Origin: Minisyncoccia bacterium | GTDB lineage: Bacteria > Patescibacteriota > Minisyncoccia > Phycocordibacterales > UBA9973 | Assembly (NCBI GenBank): GCA_041737125.1 | Contig: JBGSSJ010000014.1 | Coordinates: 68,375 to 132,374, forward strand | Direction of reading: 5' to 3' | DNA: 64,000 nt | Shown here: positions 37,978 through 45,846 of the stretch, piece by piece | Position numbering within the stretch: position 1 is the first letter of the stretch | How the letters are laid out: each line of letters starts with the position of its first letter | Position numbers and translations under genes: made by a program | Notes under the pieces: model-generated | The model's database searches: none | What the model saw: only the letters and a program-made list of their open reading frames with translations | Told to the model about the DNA's origin: nothing

Positions 37978-39300
37978 ATGGAAACGCAGTACATAAGTAA
38001 CCTTGGTGTTAAGACGGAGGTAATTCAAGCGAAAGTAAGATATGTCTTATACGCCAGAAAATCAACTGAATCTGATGAGAAGCAAGCCCTTTCGATTGAG
38101 TCTCAAGTAAAGGAGATGTTAACTATCGCAGATCGAGACGGTTTAACAGTCGTCGATATTAGGCGTGAATCTCATTCTGCAAAAGAGTCAGGGCAACGAC
38201 CAGTATTTAAAGAATTACTTGAGGATATTCGGCGAGGTAGATATACAGGAATTCTGACCTGGGCACCTGATCGTCTTTCTCGAAATGCCGGTGATCTTGG
38301 TTCAGTTGTTGACCTTATGGACGAAAACAAGCTTATAGAGATTAGGACATATGGACAACACTTTAAGAATTCACCAAACGAGAAGTTTCTTTTAATGATT
38401 TTATGCTCACAAGCAAAACTCGAGAACGATAATAAAAGTATCAATGTAAAACGAGGATTACGGACAAGATGTGAAATGGGGCTTCGCCCAGGTCCTGCAA
38501 TATTTGGATATTTAAACGAAAAGCATGTAGATAAAAAATGTGAAGTTATTATCGACACAGAGCGAGCACCTGTAGTTAAAAAGATATTTGAAAAAGTAGC
38601 ATATGAAAAATGGAGTGGGAGAAAAATATATCACTGGTTAAAGTTTGAGTTAAATCTAAAAACTCGTAACGGAAACAAAGGACTTACCCTCAGCAACATC
38701 TATATGATTTTAGAAAACCCCTTTTACTACGGGGTTTTTGAATATCCCAAGAAAAGTGGAAATTTTTATAAAGGTAGACACGAACCAATCATCACAAAAG
38801 AACTGTTTGATACTGTGCAAGAACAAGTTAAATCACAAACTCTTCGTACTCAAGAGCCAAAAGAATTCGCTTTTATTAAAATGATGAATTGTGGTCTTTG
38901 TGGATCAGGAATTACCGCAGAAGAAAAATTTAAGAAACTTAAAGACGGCAGCATAAACAGACATGTGTATTATGGCTGTGCCAAATCTAAGGATAGATTT
39001 TGTAAGTGTGGGTATATTAATGAGAATGATTTGATTCAACAATTTGAAAAACTAATTGATCAAATTGATATCAATGAAATTGGAATGAAAGAAAAAATTA
39101 AATACGAAGTTGAGCGAATTAAAAGATTTAACCATTCTGTATTAAATATAAAACAACAAATACAGATAAAAGATGTGGATGTAAGGGACTACGCCAAGTT
39201 TATTTTGAAAGATAGCTCGATTGAAGACAAGCGAGAATTACTCATGTGCTTTAAAAACAACATTTTGTTAGATAATAAAACTATTAGGTTGAGTTATTAA
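37978..39300 (+). CDS. large serine recombinase (paralog of 1948..3591)
   Basis: YVLYARKSTESDEKQALSIESQ...WAPDRLSRN catalytic domain and a Cys cluster CGLCGS...CAKSKDRFCKCG. Confidence 0.85.
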   Translation: METQYISNLGVKTEVIQAKVRYVLYARKSTESDEKQALSIESQVKEMLTIADRDGLTVVDIRRESHSAKESGQRPVFKELLEDIRRGRYTGILTWAPDRLSRNAGDLGSVVDLMDENKLIEIRTYGQHFKNSPNEKFLLMILCSQAKLENDNKSINVKRGLRTRCEMGLRPGPAIFGYLNEKHVDKKCEVIIDTERAPVVKKIFEKVAYEKWSGRKIYHWLKFELNLKTRNGNKGLTLSNIYMILENPFYYGVFEYPKKSGNFYKGRHEPIITKELFDTVQEQVKSQTLRTQEPKEFAFIKMMNCGLCGSGITAEEKFKKLKDGSINRHVYYGCAKSKDRFCKCGYINENDLIQQFEKLIDQIDINEIGMKEKIKYEVERIKRFNHSVLNIKQQIQIKDVDVRDYAKFILKDSSIEDKRELLMCFKNNILLDNKTIRLSY

Positions 39301-39379
39301 CAGTGTATTATCATAAAGCTTAGACTTTCGGTTTTATTTCGGATATAATTGAATTGTAGCAAATTAGATTTCTAAACAA

Positions 39380-40957
39380 ATGACCACACTAACCAAAAAA
39401 CAAAAAGAAGTATTTGATTATATAAGCACATATATCGCTGAAAATGGTATTTCTCCAACCATTGATCAGATTCGTAAAAAATTAAAGCTGAAGGCAGTCT
39501 CTACTGTTCATGAACATATCGCTTCCCTAAGAGAAAAAGGATACCTTTCAAAGTCAGATAGTACAGATCGAGGGATGACACCAAAAAAAGAAATCAAATC
39601 GGTAATTGAGATTCCTATAGTTGGTAAAATTGCTGCTGGTCAACCAATTGAGGCATTAGAAGATCATCAGGCTACTATTTCAATAATAAATCCCTCTATT
39701 AAGAGTGCTAAGGATCATTATGCTTTACGAGTAGTTGGTGACAGTATGATCGATGAAGGTATTTTTAATGGAGATATTGTGGTTATTAAAAAACAATCCG
39801 TAGCAGAGAATGGACAAACTGTTGTCGCGATTATTGACGATAACCAAGCAACCCTCAAAAAATTATATAAGGAGGATAAAAAAATAAGGCTACAGCCTGG
39901 AAATCCTGACATGAAGCCTTTGTTTAGAGTAGATGTTGAGATCAGAGGTGTTGTTGTTCAAGTTATAAGAAATATCGATAATGAAGCAGAAGTGTTACCT
40001 ACAAAGAAACAGAAGCATGGTTTTAGAACAATAGACTTATTTGCTGGAGTAGGAGGCATCCGAAAAGGATTTGAAAATGCAGGTTTTAAAACAGTCTTTG
40101 CAAATGATTTTGATGCCCCTTGTAAGCAGACATATGATTTGAATTTTAAAGATTCTAAATTAATAATTGAAGACATTAGAAAAATTGGTATCAATGATTT
40201 ACCAGAGTTTGACTTTATACTCGGAGGTTTTCCTTGTCAGGCATTTTCTATAGCAGGCTATCGCAAAGGCTTTGATGATCCTAAAAATAGAGGTAACCTG
40301 TTTTTTGATATTGCGAAGATTATTGAAGCAAGAAAACCAGCAGGCTTCATGTTGGAAAATGTTAAAAATCTAAAAAGCCATGATGATGGAAATACTTTTA
40401 GAATTATCGAAGAGACCCTCAGAGATCTTGGTTACCATGTAAAATCCAAAGTACTAAACACTATGGAATATGGAAATGTTCCCCAAAATCGTGAGAGAAT
40501 TTATATTGTAGGATTTAGAAATAAAGATTACTTTGATAGGTTTAACTTTCCAGAACCAGTAAAACTCACAAAAAAAATAACAGATCTCTTAGAGAAAAAT
40601 GTTCCTGAAAAATACTATTACAATGGCAAACCTCTTTTTGATAAATTAAAGAAAGACGTAAAAGAAGAAGGTAAGGTATACCAATGGCGAAGGCAATATG
40701 TTCGCGAAAATAAAAGTGGGGTTTGCCCTACTCTCACAGCAAATATGGGAATGGGTGGACACAATGTACCAATTATCAAAGATAAGAAAGGTATCAGAAA
40801 ACTTACGCCATTAGAGTGCTTTAGAATACAAGGATTTCCTGCAACTTATATTTTACCCAAGATCGCAGACTCTTCTTTGTATAAACAAGCTGGCAATTCA
40901 GTTAGTGTCCCTGTTATTGAAGCCGTTGCTAAAAAAATGATGGAGGCAATGAAGTAG
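39380..40957 (+). CDS. fusion of a full-length LexA repressor (wHTH plus S24 autopeptidase) to a cytosine-5 DNA methyltransferase
   Basis: LexA part: LTKKQKEVFDYI, cleavage site KIAAGQP, VGDSM Ser, TLKKL Lys. MTase part: motif I DLFAGVGG, motif IV GFPCQAFS (PCQ), ENV, C-terminal QAGNSVSVPV. Confidence 0.85.
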   Translation: MTTLTKKQKEVFDYISTYIAENGISPTIDQIRKKLKLKAVSTVHEHIASLREKGYLSKSDSTDRGMTPKKEIKSVIEIPIVGKIAAGQPIEALEDHQATISIINPSIKSAKDHYALRVVGDSMIDEGIFNGDIVVIKKQSVAENGQTVVAIIDDNQATLKKLYKEDKKIRLQPGNPDMKPLFRVDVEIRGVVVQVIRNIDNEAEVLPTKKQKHGFRTIDLFAGVGGIRKGFENAGFKTVFANDFDAPCKQTYDLNFKDSKLIIEDIRKIGINDLPEFDFILGGFPCQAFSIAGYRKGFDDPKNRGNLFFDIAKIIEARKPAGFMLENVKNLKSHDDGNTFRIIEETLRDLGYHVKSKVLNTMEYGNVPQNRERIYIVGFRNKDYFDRFNFPEPVKLTKKITDLLEKNVPEKYYYNGKPLFDKLKKDVKEEGKVYQWRRQYVRENKSGVCPTLTANMGMGGHNVPIIKDKKGIRKLTPLECFRIQGFPATYILPKIADSSLYKQAGNSVSVPVIEAVAKKMMEAMK

Positions 40958-40959
40958 GG

Positions 40960-41523
40960 TTACCAAACCTTTACATCAGTCGCGATTGGCTTAAGGTCAT
41001 ATTTTGCAATCACATCTTTTTTGATACAAAATCTAGGTCGTCTCTTTTCTTCTTGTTGCTGTTTTAGCGTTTGAAGTTTATTGACCGGGTTATCATAGAT
41101 AAAATTATTAGGTATTTTATATACCTTAAAAGTTCCGTCGACTCTGCCGTCAGCATAAAAATCTAAAAAATATAAATCGTCCCACTTAGATTTTGGACCA
41201 AAAGAAGTAAGATCATTTTCTACACTACAAGCTTTGATTTGTTCTGCTCTCTTTGTTTTAGTATTAAACGTATCAAATGATGTATTAGAAAGTTTTTTAG
41301 CACTTATTAATCTTGTGGATCCAGACCATAAACAAAAAGCAACCTCAGATAATCCTTCAGGAAAATTTGGTTCACGCGATTTATAATCACGCATTCCCAT
41401 CTTTAATCCTTTCCATAGATCAAATAGTGTTTTCCATTTTTTTCCATCAGAAGAATCAAACTCCATTAGATCAACGGTGCAGTCTTCATCAAAAATAGTA
41501 GTGTTTACTTTAACTAAGTTCAT
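40960..41523 (-). CDS. putative type II restriction endonuclease partner of the C5-MTase (small, possibly Bsp6I-like)
   Basis: Convergent with only a 3-bp gap to the C5-MTase gene; 187 aa with acidic/Lys clusters compatible with a PD-(D/E)xK enzyme. The call rests on context only. Confidence 0.35.
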   Translation of the reverse strand: MNLVKVNTTIFDEDCTVDLMEFDSSDGKKWKTLFDLWKGLKMGMRDYKSREPNFPEGLSEVAFCLWSGSTRLISAKKLSNTSFDTFNTKTKRAEQIKACSVENDLTSFGPKSKWDDLYFLDFYADGRVDGTFKVYKIPNNFIYDNPVNKLQTLKQQQEEKRRPRFCIKKDVIAKYDLKPIATDVKVW

Positions 41524-41628
41524 GATGTATTTATACTATATTTTTATCAATTTCTCAAACAAAAACACCTTTTTAATTAAAGGTGTTTTTGTTTTAAAAC
41601 TAGCTATCTTTGAGCTAGCTCTTGTTTG

Positions 41629-41728
41629 CTGCCAGACCTGGACTCGAACCAAGGAAGTGTCCTACCCGCCCGCCATTGCAAGCATGAGCTTGCTCAGGCG
41701 TTGCGGGCGGGCCATTAGACGATCACTG
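41629..41728 (-). pseudogene. degenerate tRNA-Gln paralog: T-arm and acceptor 3' strand intact, anticodon arm deleted, 47-nt GC-rich palindrome inserted in the D-loop, 5' acceptor mutated
   Basis: Aligns base-for-base with tRNA-Gln at 41743..41813 except for the missing anticodon arm and the inserted CCCGCCCGCC...GCGGGCGGG hairpin (41665..41711). Confidence 0.45.
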
Positions 41729-41742
41729 ATTTCTGCACAAAG

Positions 41743-41813
41743 CTGCCAGACCTGGACTCGAACCAAGATAACCTCCTCCAGAGGGAGGTGTCCTACCATT
41801 AGACGATCTGGCA
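41743..41813 (-). tRNA. tRNA-Gln (anticodon CTG)
   Basis: Acceptor TGCCAGA/TCTGGCA, D-arm GTCT-AATGGTA-GGAC, anticodon arm CCTCC-CTCTGGA-GGAGG, T-arm CTTGG-TTCGAGT-CCAGG. Confidence 0.8.
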
Positions 41814-41828
41814 GCTTTGTGCATAAAT

Positions 41829-42065
41829 TTATATTCTCTCTTTTAAAAATCTTCTCCCAAAACCTGTTTTAAAATACTTTTCTCTTTTCAATGCTTTTTC
41901 TTTACTATTACAAGCTTCATAATATAAAATTTCTAAAGGTCTTCTATTCTCAGTAGCTGGTACTTTGCCTGCAGAATGAAGATTAAATCTATTCTTCAGG
42001 TCTTCGGTATAACCTACATATAAATCACCATCCTTTAAACTTTTTAATACATATGTGTAATACAT
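41829..42065 (-). CDS. GIY-YIG nuclease superfamily small protein (YhbQ/UPF0213-like)
   Basis: YTYVLKS...GDLYVGYTEDLKNRFNLHSAG GIY-YIG motif and C-terminal REKYFKTGFGRRFL. Confidence 0.75.
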   Translation of the reverse strand: MYYTYVLKSLKDGDLYVGYTEDLKNRFNLHSAGKVPATENRRPLEILYYEACNSKEKALKREKYFKTGFGRRFLKERI

Positions 42066-42073
42066 AAATTAAA

Positions 42074-42136
42074 GTCCTACCCGCCCGCCATCGCAAGTAT
42101 GAGCTTGCTCAGGCGTTGCGGGCGGGCTATTAGACG
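42074..42136. repeat. second copy of the GC-rich ~47-nt palindromic element with tRNA D-arm-like flanks (gtcctac...attagacga)
   Basis: 42079..42125 matches 41665..41711 with 3 substitutions; the flanks gtcctac and c(t/c)attagacga are conserved. Confidence 0.55.
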
Positions 42137-42162
42137 AGCCGGCAATGCGATCGGCAAATACT

Positions 42163-42213
42163 GCTCAATGTCGATATATTACCACAAAAAAGCTAAAAAA
42201 CAATTAAAAATAT
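42163..42213. repeat. ~50-bp direct repeat, copy 1 (CTCAATGTCGATATATTACCACAAAA...TAAAAAACAATTAAAAATA); copy 2 at 43586..43636
   Basis: Two near-identical copies bracket the 42264..43523 gene. Confidence 0.7.
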
Positions 42214-42263
42214 GCTCTTGAATCAATTCCTAGAATAACTATTCATACTAACTTACAGTTAGG

Positions 42264-43523
42264 TTATTCTTGTTTAGGTTCGTAAATTACAGTACCTTTT
42301 GCTATCTTATTATTTTTTTCATCTTCTTCATCTACGGTATTAAATAAAATGTTAAATTCTAAATTATCACCAGTAGAATTTTTTTGAATATCCACAGACT
42401 TTGGCTCTCCCTCTGTTGGCTTATCAGATGCAATCACTTTTACATTATAAACCTTGGACATTTCCTCTGCGAGTCCACCCTCAACACCTGTAAGACAACT
42501 CGATAATACTAGTTCCGCATTATTTTCAAATAATTCTTTGACTCTCTGTATACCTTTACCACTTAAATCTTTTTGCTGGAGCATGCGGTTATCACCCTCT
42601 CTATCGCCAAATCCTACAACATCTGTATTGCCATGAACATGCATATACATGAACTTTATTTTTTGATTATATTTATCTCGAAGATATAGTAGTCGTTTTG
42701 CTAAATCAATTTTTCCATTTGACTCAATAATTCTTATCATAAAGGAATTTTCTTCCACTTTCTCTCTGATACCTTCTGATTGATTCGATTGGGAGAAGGA
42801 ACCATTCCAATCCATAACTGCCTGAAAAAATAAACCATAAGGACCTTTCGCATCTCTCTCCTCATACTGTTTTTTAAGTTCATGTATTGTATATCTCCCA
42901 AAACCACGAATACCAAAATTATCAAATAAATACTTTACAGATCCTTTTTCAAAATTTTGAAGAAATCTTATTTTTCTAAATGTTTCATATATGTACCAGT
43001 CAGCTATTTCGTCATCCTTAACTGTAAGCCAGCTCTGAATAAGATCTTCTGCTTCGTGTTCAGAAAAACCAAACTGTTTTAATATGTAATCAGCCAAATA
43101 CTCTTTATACTCTAAATCTTTTTCTTTTGAAGTATATAATTCTCTCTTTCTTAAAATATCGCGAGCTAGTGTATGATCAATATCATTTGATATCATATAC
43201 AATCTTGCAGTTATTTCTTTATTTGAATCAGTAAGCAAATCAAGTTTATCAATAAGTTCAAAATAAAACTCGTATTCTCGGGATATACTAAAATGTAATT
43301 CTCCTGTTTCTTCTCTTTCTATATATTTTCGAATTTCACTTTCAACTACCGGTTGAATTTTTATAAAATTTTCTTTTATTTCATTAAACTTTCTGGTTCC
43401 AGGTGAAGATTTTAAAATATCTTTTGCTAATACCTCTAGTTTAGACTTTATATCTTCAGGAGTTTTCATCTCTTCAAGATCTATGCTTCCTGTTTTTATT
43501 ATATTAGGGTTAGGTTCTTTCAT
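42264..43523 (-). CDS. hypothetical 419-aa protein bracketed by 50-bp direct repeats; possible His/Cys-dyad hydrolase in its C-terminal half
   Basis: Long ORF; HVHGNTDVVGFGD and LVLSSCLTGVEGG segments about 45 residues apart (weak caspase-like His...Cys spacing); no firm motif. Confidence 0.45.
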   Translation of the reverse strand: MKEPNPNIIKTGSIDLEEMKTPEDIKSKLEVLAKDILKSSPGTRKFNEIKENFIKIQPVVESEIRKYIEREETGELHFSISREYEFYFELIDKLDLLTDSNKEITARLYMISNDIDHTLARDILRKRELYTSKEKDLEYKEYLADYILKQFGFSEHEAEDLIQSWLTVKDDEIADWYIYETFRKIRFLQNFEKGSVKYLFDNFGIRGFGRYTIHELKKQYEERDAKGPYGLFFQAVMDWNGSFSQSNQSEGIREKVEENSFMIRIIESNGKIDLAKRLLYLRDKYNQKIKFMYMHVHGNTDVVGFGDREGDNRMLQQKDLSGKGIQRVKELFENNAELVLSSCLTGVEGGLAEEMSKVYNVKVIASDKPTEGEPKSVDIQKNSTGDNLEFNILFNTVDEEDEKNNKIAKGTVIYEPKQE

Positions 43524-43585
43524 GTCTCTTTACTTATAGATTTATTACTAAAGTTTTAATATGATATATTGTTTCTCACAAGAAT

Positions 43586-43636
43586 CCTCAATGTCGATAT
43601 ATTACCACAAAATTAGTAAAAAACAATTTAAAAATA
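43586..43636. repeat. ~50-bp direct repeat, copy 2; also carries promoter-like elements for the CDF transporter gene
   Basis: Matches 42163..42213; followed by an extended -10 TGCTATAAT at 43641..43649. Confidence 0.7.
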
Positions 43637-43654
43637 AAAGGAAAATTTGCTATA

Positions 43655-44668
43655 ATGGGTGACATGGCAACAAAAACTCATGGGAAGAAATCAGTTATAG
43701 CAGCATTGCTCGGGAATACATTCGTCACTATCATCAAAGGAACAATATTCTTCATTACAGGCTCGGCTAGTATGTTCGCGGAGAGCGTGCACTCATTGGC
43801 AGACACTCTCAACCAATCACTCCTCCTCATCGGCCTTAACCGTTCGAAAAGACCAGCTGACCATATACGAGGTTATGGCTATGGTATCGAGAGGTTCTTC
43901 TGGTCACTCATATCTGCTTGCGGAATATTATTCATCGGTGCAGGGGTGACTATATACCACTCGATAGATTCACTGATGCATGTAGATAAAGAATTACATC
44001 CTTTCAGTTACCTCAGTATGATAGTGCTATTCGTCGCTCTTATTATCGAAGGTATTACTCTATGGCTTGCAATTAAAGAATTGAAAAAGGGTAGAAAGTT
44101 TTCGAAAGAAATATTCCGAGATGCAGATCCTGTAATACTTGCTATAGTATATGAAGACGGTGCCGCAGTGCTCGGTGTGCTCATAGCTTTGCTTGCACAA
44201 TGGCTCGCTTACCTTACTGGCAATGTGGTGTATGATGCAATAGGAGGAATAGTCGTAGGACTTATACTTGGCTTCCTCGCAGTAATACTGATAATTAAGA
44301 ACCATCAGTATATAATAGGTAAGGCCTTGGATGAGGAGATAACAGAGGAGATAGTAGAATTCCTAGGCCAAGATCCTTGTATAGAACGAATACTCGAATT
44401 CAAATCAGTAGCAGTCGATGTCGGTAAGTATAGAATATTCGCAACTGTTGAGTGGAACGGCTCGCCCCTCTATGAAGAGATATACGAAGCAGGGGATTTG
44501 CAAGAAGAGTGGATAAATATTAAAGACGATTTTGGTGAATTTGCTAAACTAATGTTCAAGACGACAGATCGCATACCACGCCTCGTCGGTAGCCACATAG
44601 ATGAGATAGAGAAAGAGATAGTGAATAAATTCCCACAAGTAGCTTATGTAGATATAGAAATTAATTAA
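43655..44668 (+). CDS. cation diffusion facilitator (CDF) family divalent-cation efflux transporter
   Basis: SASMFAESVHSLADTLNQ signature; six TM helices plus a cytoplasmic C-terminal domain. Confidence 0.8.
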   Translation: MGDMATKTHGKKSVIAALLGNTFVTIIKGTIFFITGSASMFAESVHSLADTLNQSLLLIGLNRSKRPADHIRGYGYGIERFFWSLISACGILFIGAGVTIYHSIDSLMHVDKELHPFSYLSMIVLFVALIIEGITLWLAIKELKKGRKFSKEIFRDADPVILAIVYEDGAAVLGVLIALLAQWLAYLTGNVVYDAIGGIVVGLILGFLAVILIIKNHQYIIGKALDEEITEEIVEFLGQDPCIERILEFKSVAVDVGKYRIFATVEWNGSPLYEEIYEAGDLQEEWINIKDDFGEFAKLMFKTTDRIPRLVGSHIDEIEKEIVNKFPQVAYVDIEIN

Positions 44669-44675
44669 TTATTTT

Positions 44676-45806
44676 ATGAGTAACATCACACGATTCATAT
44701 ATAAGAATATAGTCAAACGGATACTTTTCTTATTTCCGGCTGATAGTGTGCATAGCTTATTCCTTCGTACTGGGCGGTATCTAGGAGCGAGTGACTTTGC
44801 GAAGAATTTTATAAGGCGCATTTGGCACTATGGTGACCCGCGACTCGTGCAAGAAATATCCGGACTCAAATTCGATAATCCGATCGGGCTATCGGCAGGC
44901 TTCGACTATAATGCTGACCTAGGCGCGATACTTCCTCATGTAGGCTTTGGTTTCCATACTGTTGGCACACTTTCTTATGAGCGATATGAAGGGAACCCGA
45001 TGCCTATGCTTGCAAGATTACCGAAGTCAAAGTCCTTACTCGTGAATAAGGGATTTAAGAATGAAGGAGTGGCGAAAGTGCTTGCCAATATGAGCGAAGG
45101 GAAGAGGCGCGCTATTCGCGGAGTAAGTATAGGAGTCACCAATAAGTCATACGAATCTTTCGAGGAGATGGTGGATAACTTGATTGCCGGGTTCAAAGAA
45201 GCGGATAAGTTCGCGAACTTCGACTACTATGAATTTAATATTAGCTGTCCTAACTTACGCAATGTGAAAGGCTTCGCTACTGATTTAGGCTCACCTGAAG
45301 GGCTCAAGCATGCACTACAGAGGATACATACACTCGGACTCAAGCGCCCAGTATGGATGAAGATGCCACTCGAGCGCTCCAATCAAGACATGATCAAACT
45401 TATCGACACTATTAAGCTCTTCTCATTCGTCGAAGGATTAATATTCTCGAACTTAGTGAAAGACCGCACGAATAAAGCATTCGATAGGTGCGAGGTAGAG
45501 AATGCAGGCGCAGGGAACTTCAGCGGTAAGCCAGTCGAGAGTCAGTCCAATATCCTCATTCGTTTTGCTTATAAATTATACGGCGATCGATTTGTAATTA
45601 TAGGTACTGGCGGAGTGTTCTCTGCAGAGGATGCGTATATGAAGATCCGAAGTGGTGCAAGCTTGGTGCAACTTATTACAGGTATGGTCTACGAAGGACC
45701 ACAATTAATAGGTGATATAAATCGGGGACTCGCTCAAATGCTTGAGCGTGATGGGTACAATCATATAAATGAGGCGATAGGTGTAGATGTCCTTCTTGAT
45801 AGGTAG
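44676..45806 (+). CDS. pyrD: dihydroorotate dehydrogenase (class 2-like)
   Basis: GLSAGFDYNADL and IIGTGGVFSAEDAYMKIRSGASLVQLITGMVYEGPQLI motifs. Confidence 0.75.
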   Translation: MSNITRFIYKNIVKRILFLFPADSVHSLFLRTGRYLGASDFAKNFIRRIWHYGDPRLVQEISGLKFDNPIGLSAGFDYNADLGAILPHVGFGFHTVGTLSYERYEGNPMPMLARLPKSKSLLVNKGFKNEGVAKVLANMSEGKRRAIRGVSIGVTNKSYESFEEMVDNLIAGFKEADKFANFDYYEFNISCPNLRNVKGFATDLGSPEGLKHALQRIHTLGLKRPVWMKMPLERSNQDMIKLIDTIKLFSFVEGLIFSNLVKDRTNKAFDRCEVENAGAGNFSGKPVESQSNILIRFAYKLYGDRFVIIGTGGVFSAEDAYMKIRSGASLVQLITGMVYEGPQLIGDINRGLAQMLERDGYNHINEAIGVDVLLDR

Positions 45807-45846
45807 GTCTTTCAATTTATCCAAAAACAATGTATTGTAGTAACAC

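Noticed and set aside
40960-41523. Naming the 187-aa protein as a specific restriction enzyme family (Bsp6I/Fnu4HI-like) with confidence
   Set aside because: I cannot verify the family from memory of the sequence alone; only the genomic context (tail-to-tail with a C5-MTase) supports a REase role.
41629-41656. tRNA-Gln 3'-end duplicate as an attL/attR site of an integrated element
   Set aside because: The copy is only about 90 bp from the intact tRNA-Gln and continues into a full, if degenerate, tRNA body (D-arm flanks retained, anticodon arm deleted). It is a pseudo-tRNA paralog rather than a short att duplication at a distant island boundary.
41477-41872. 131-aa ORF on the plus strand
   Set aside because: It overlaps tRNA-Gln, the pseudo-tRNA and the palindromic element, with low-complexity translation; spurious.
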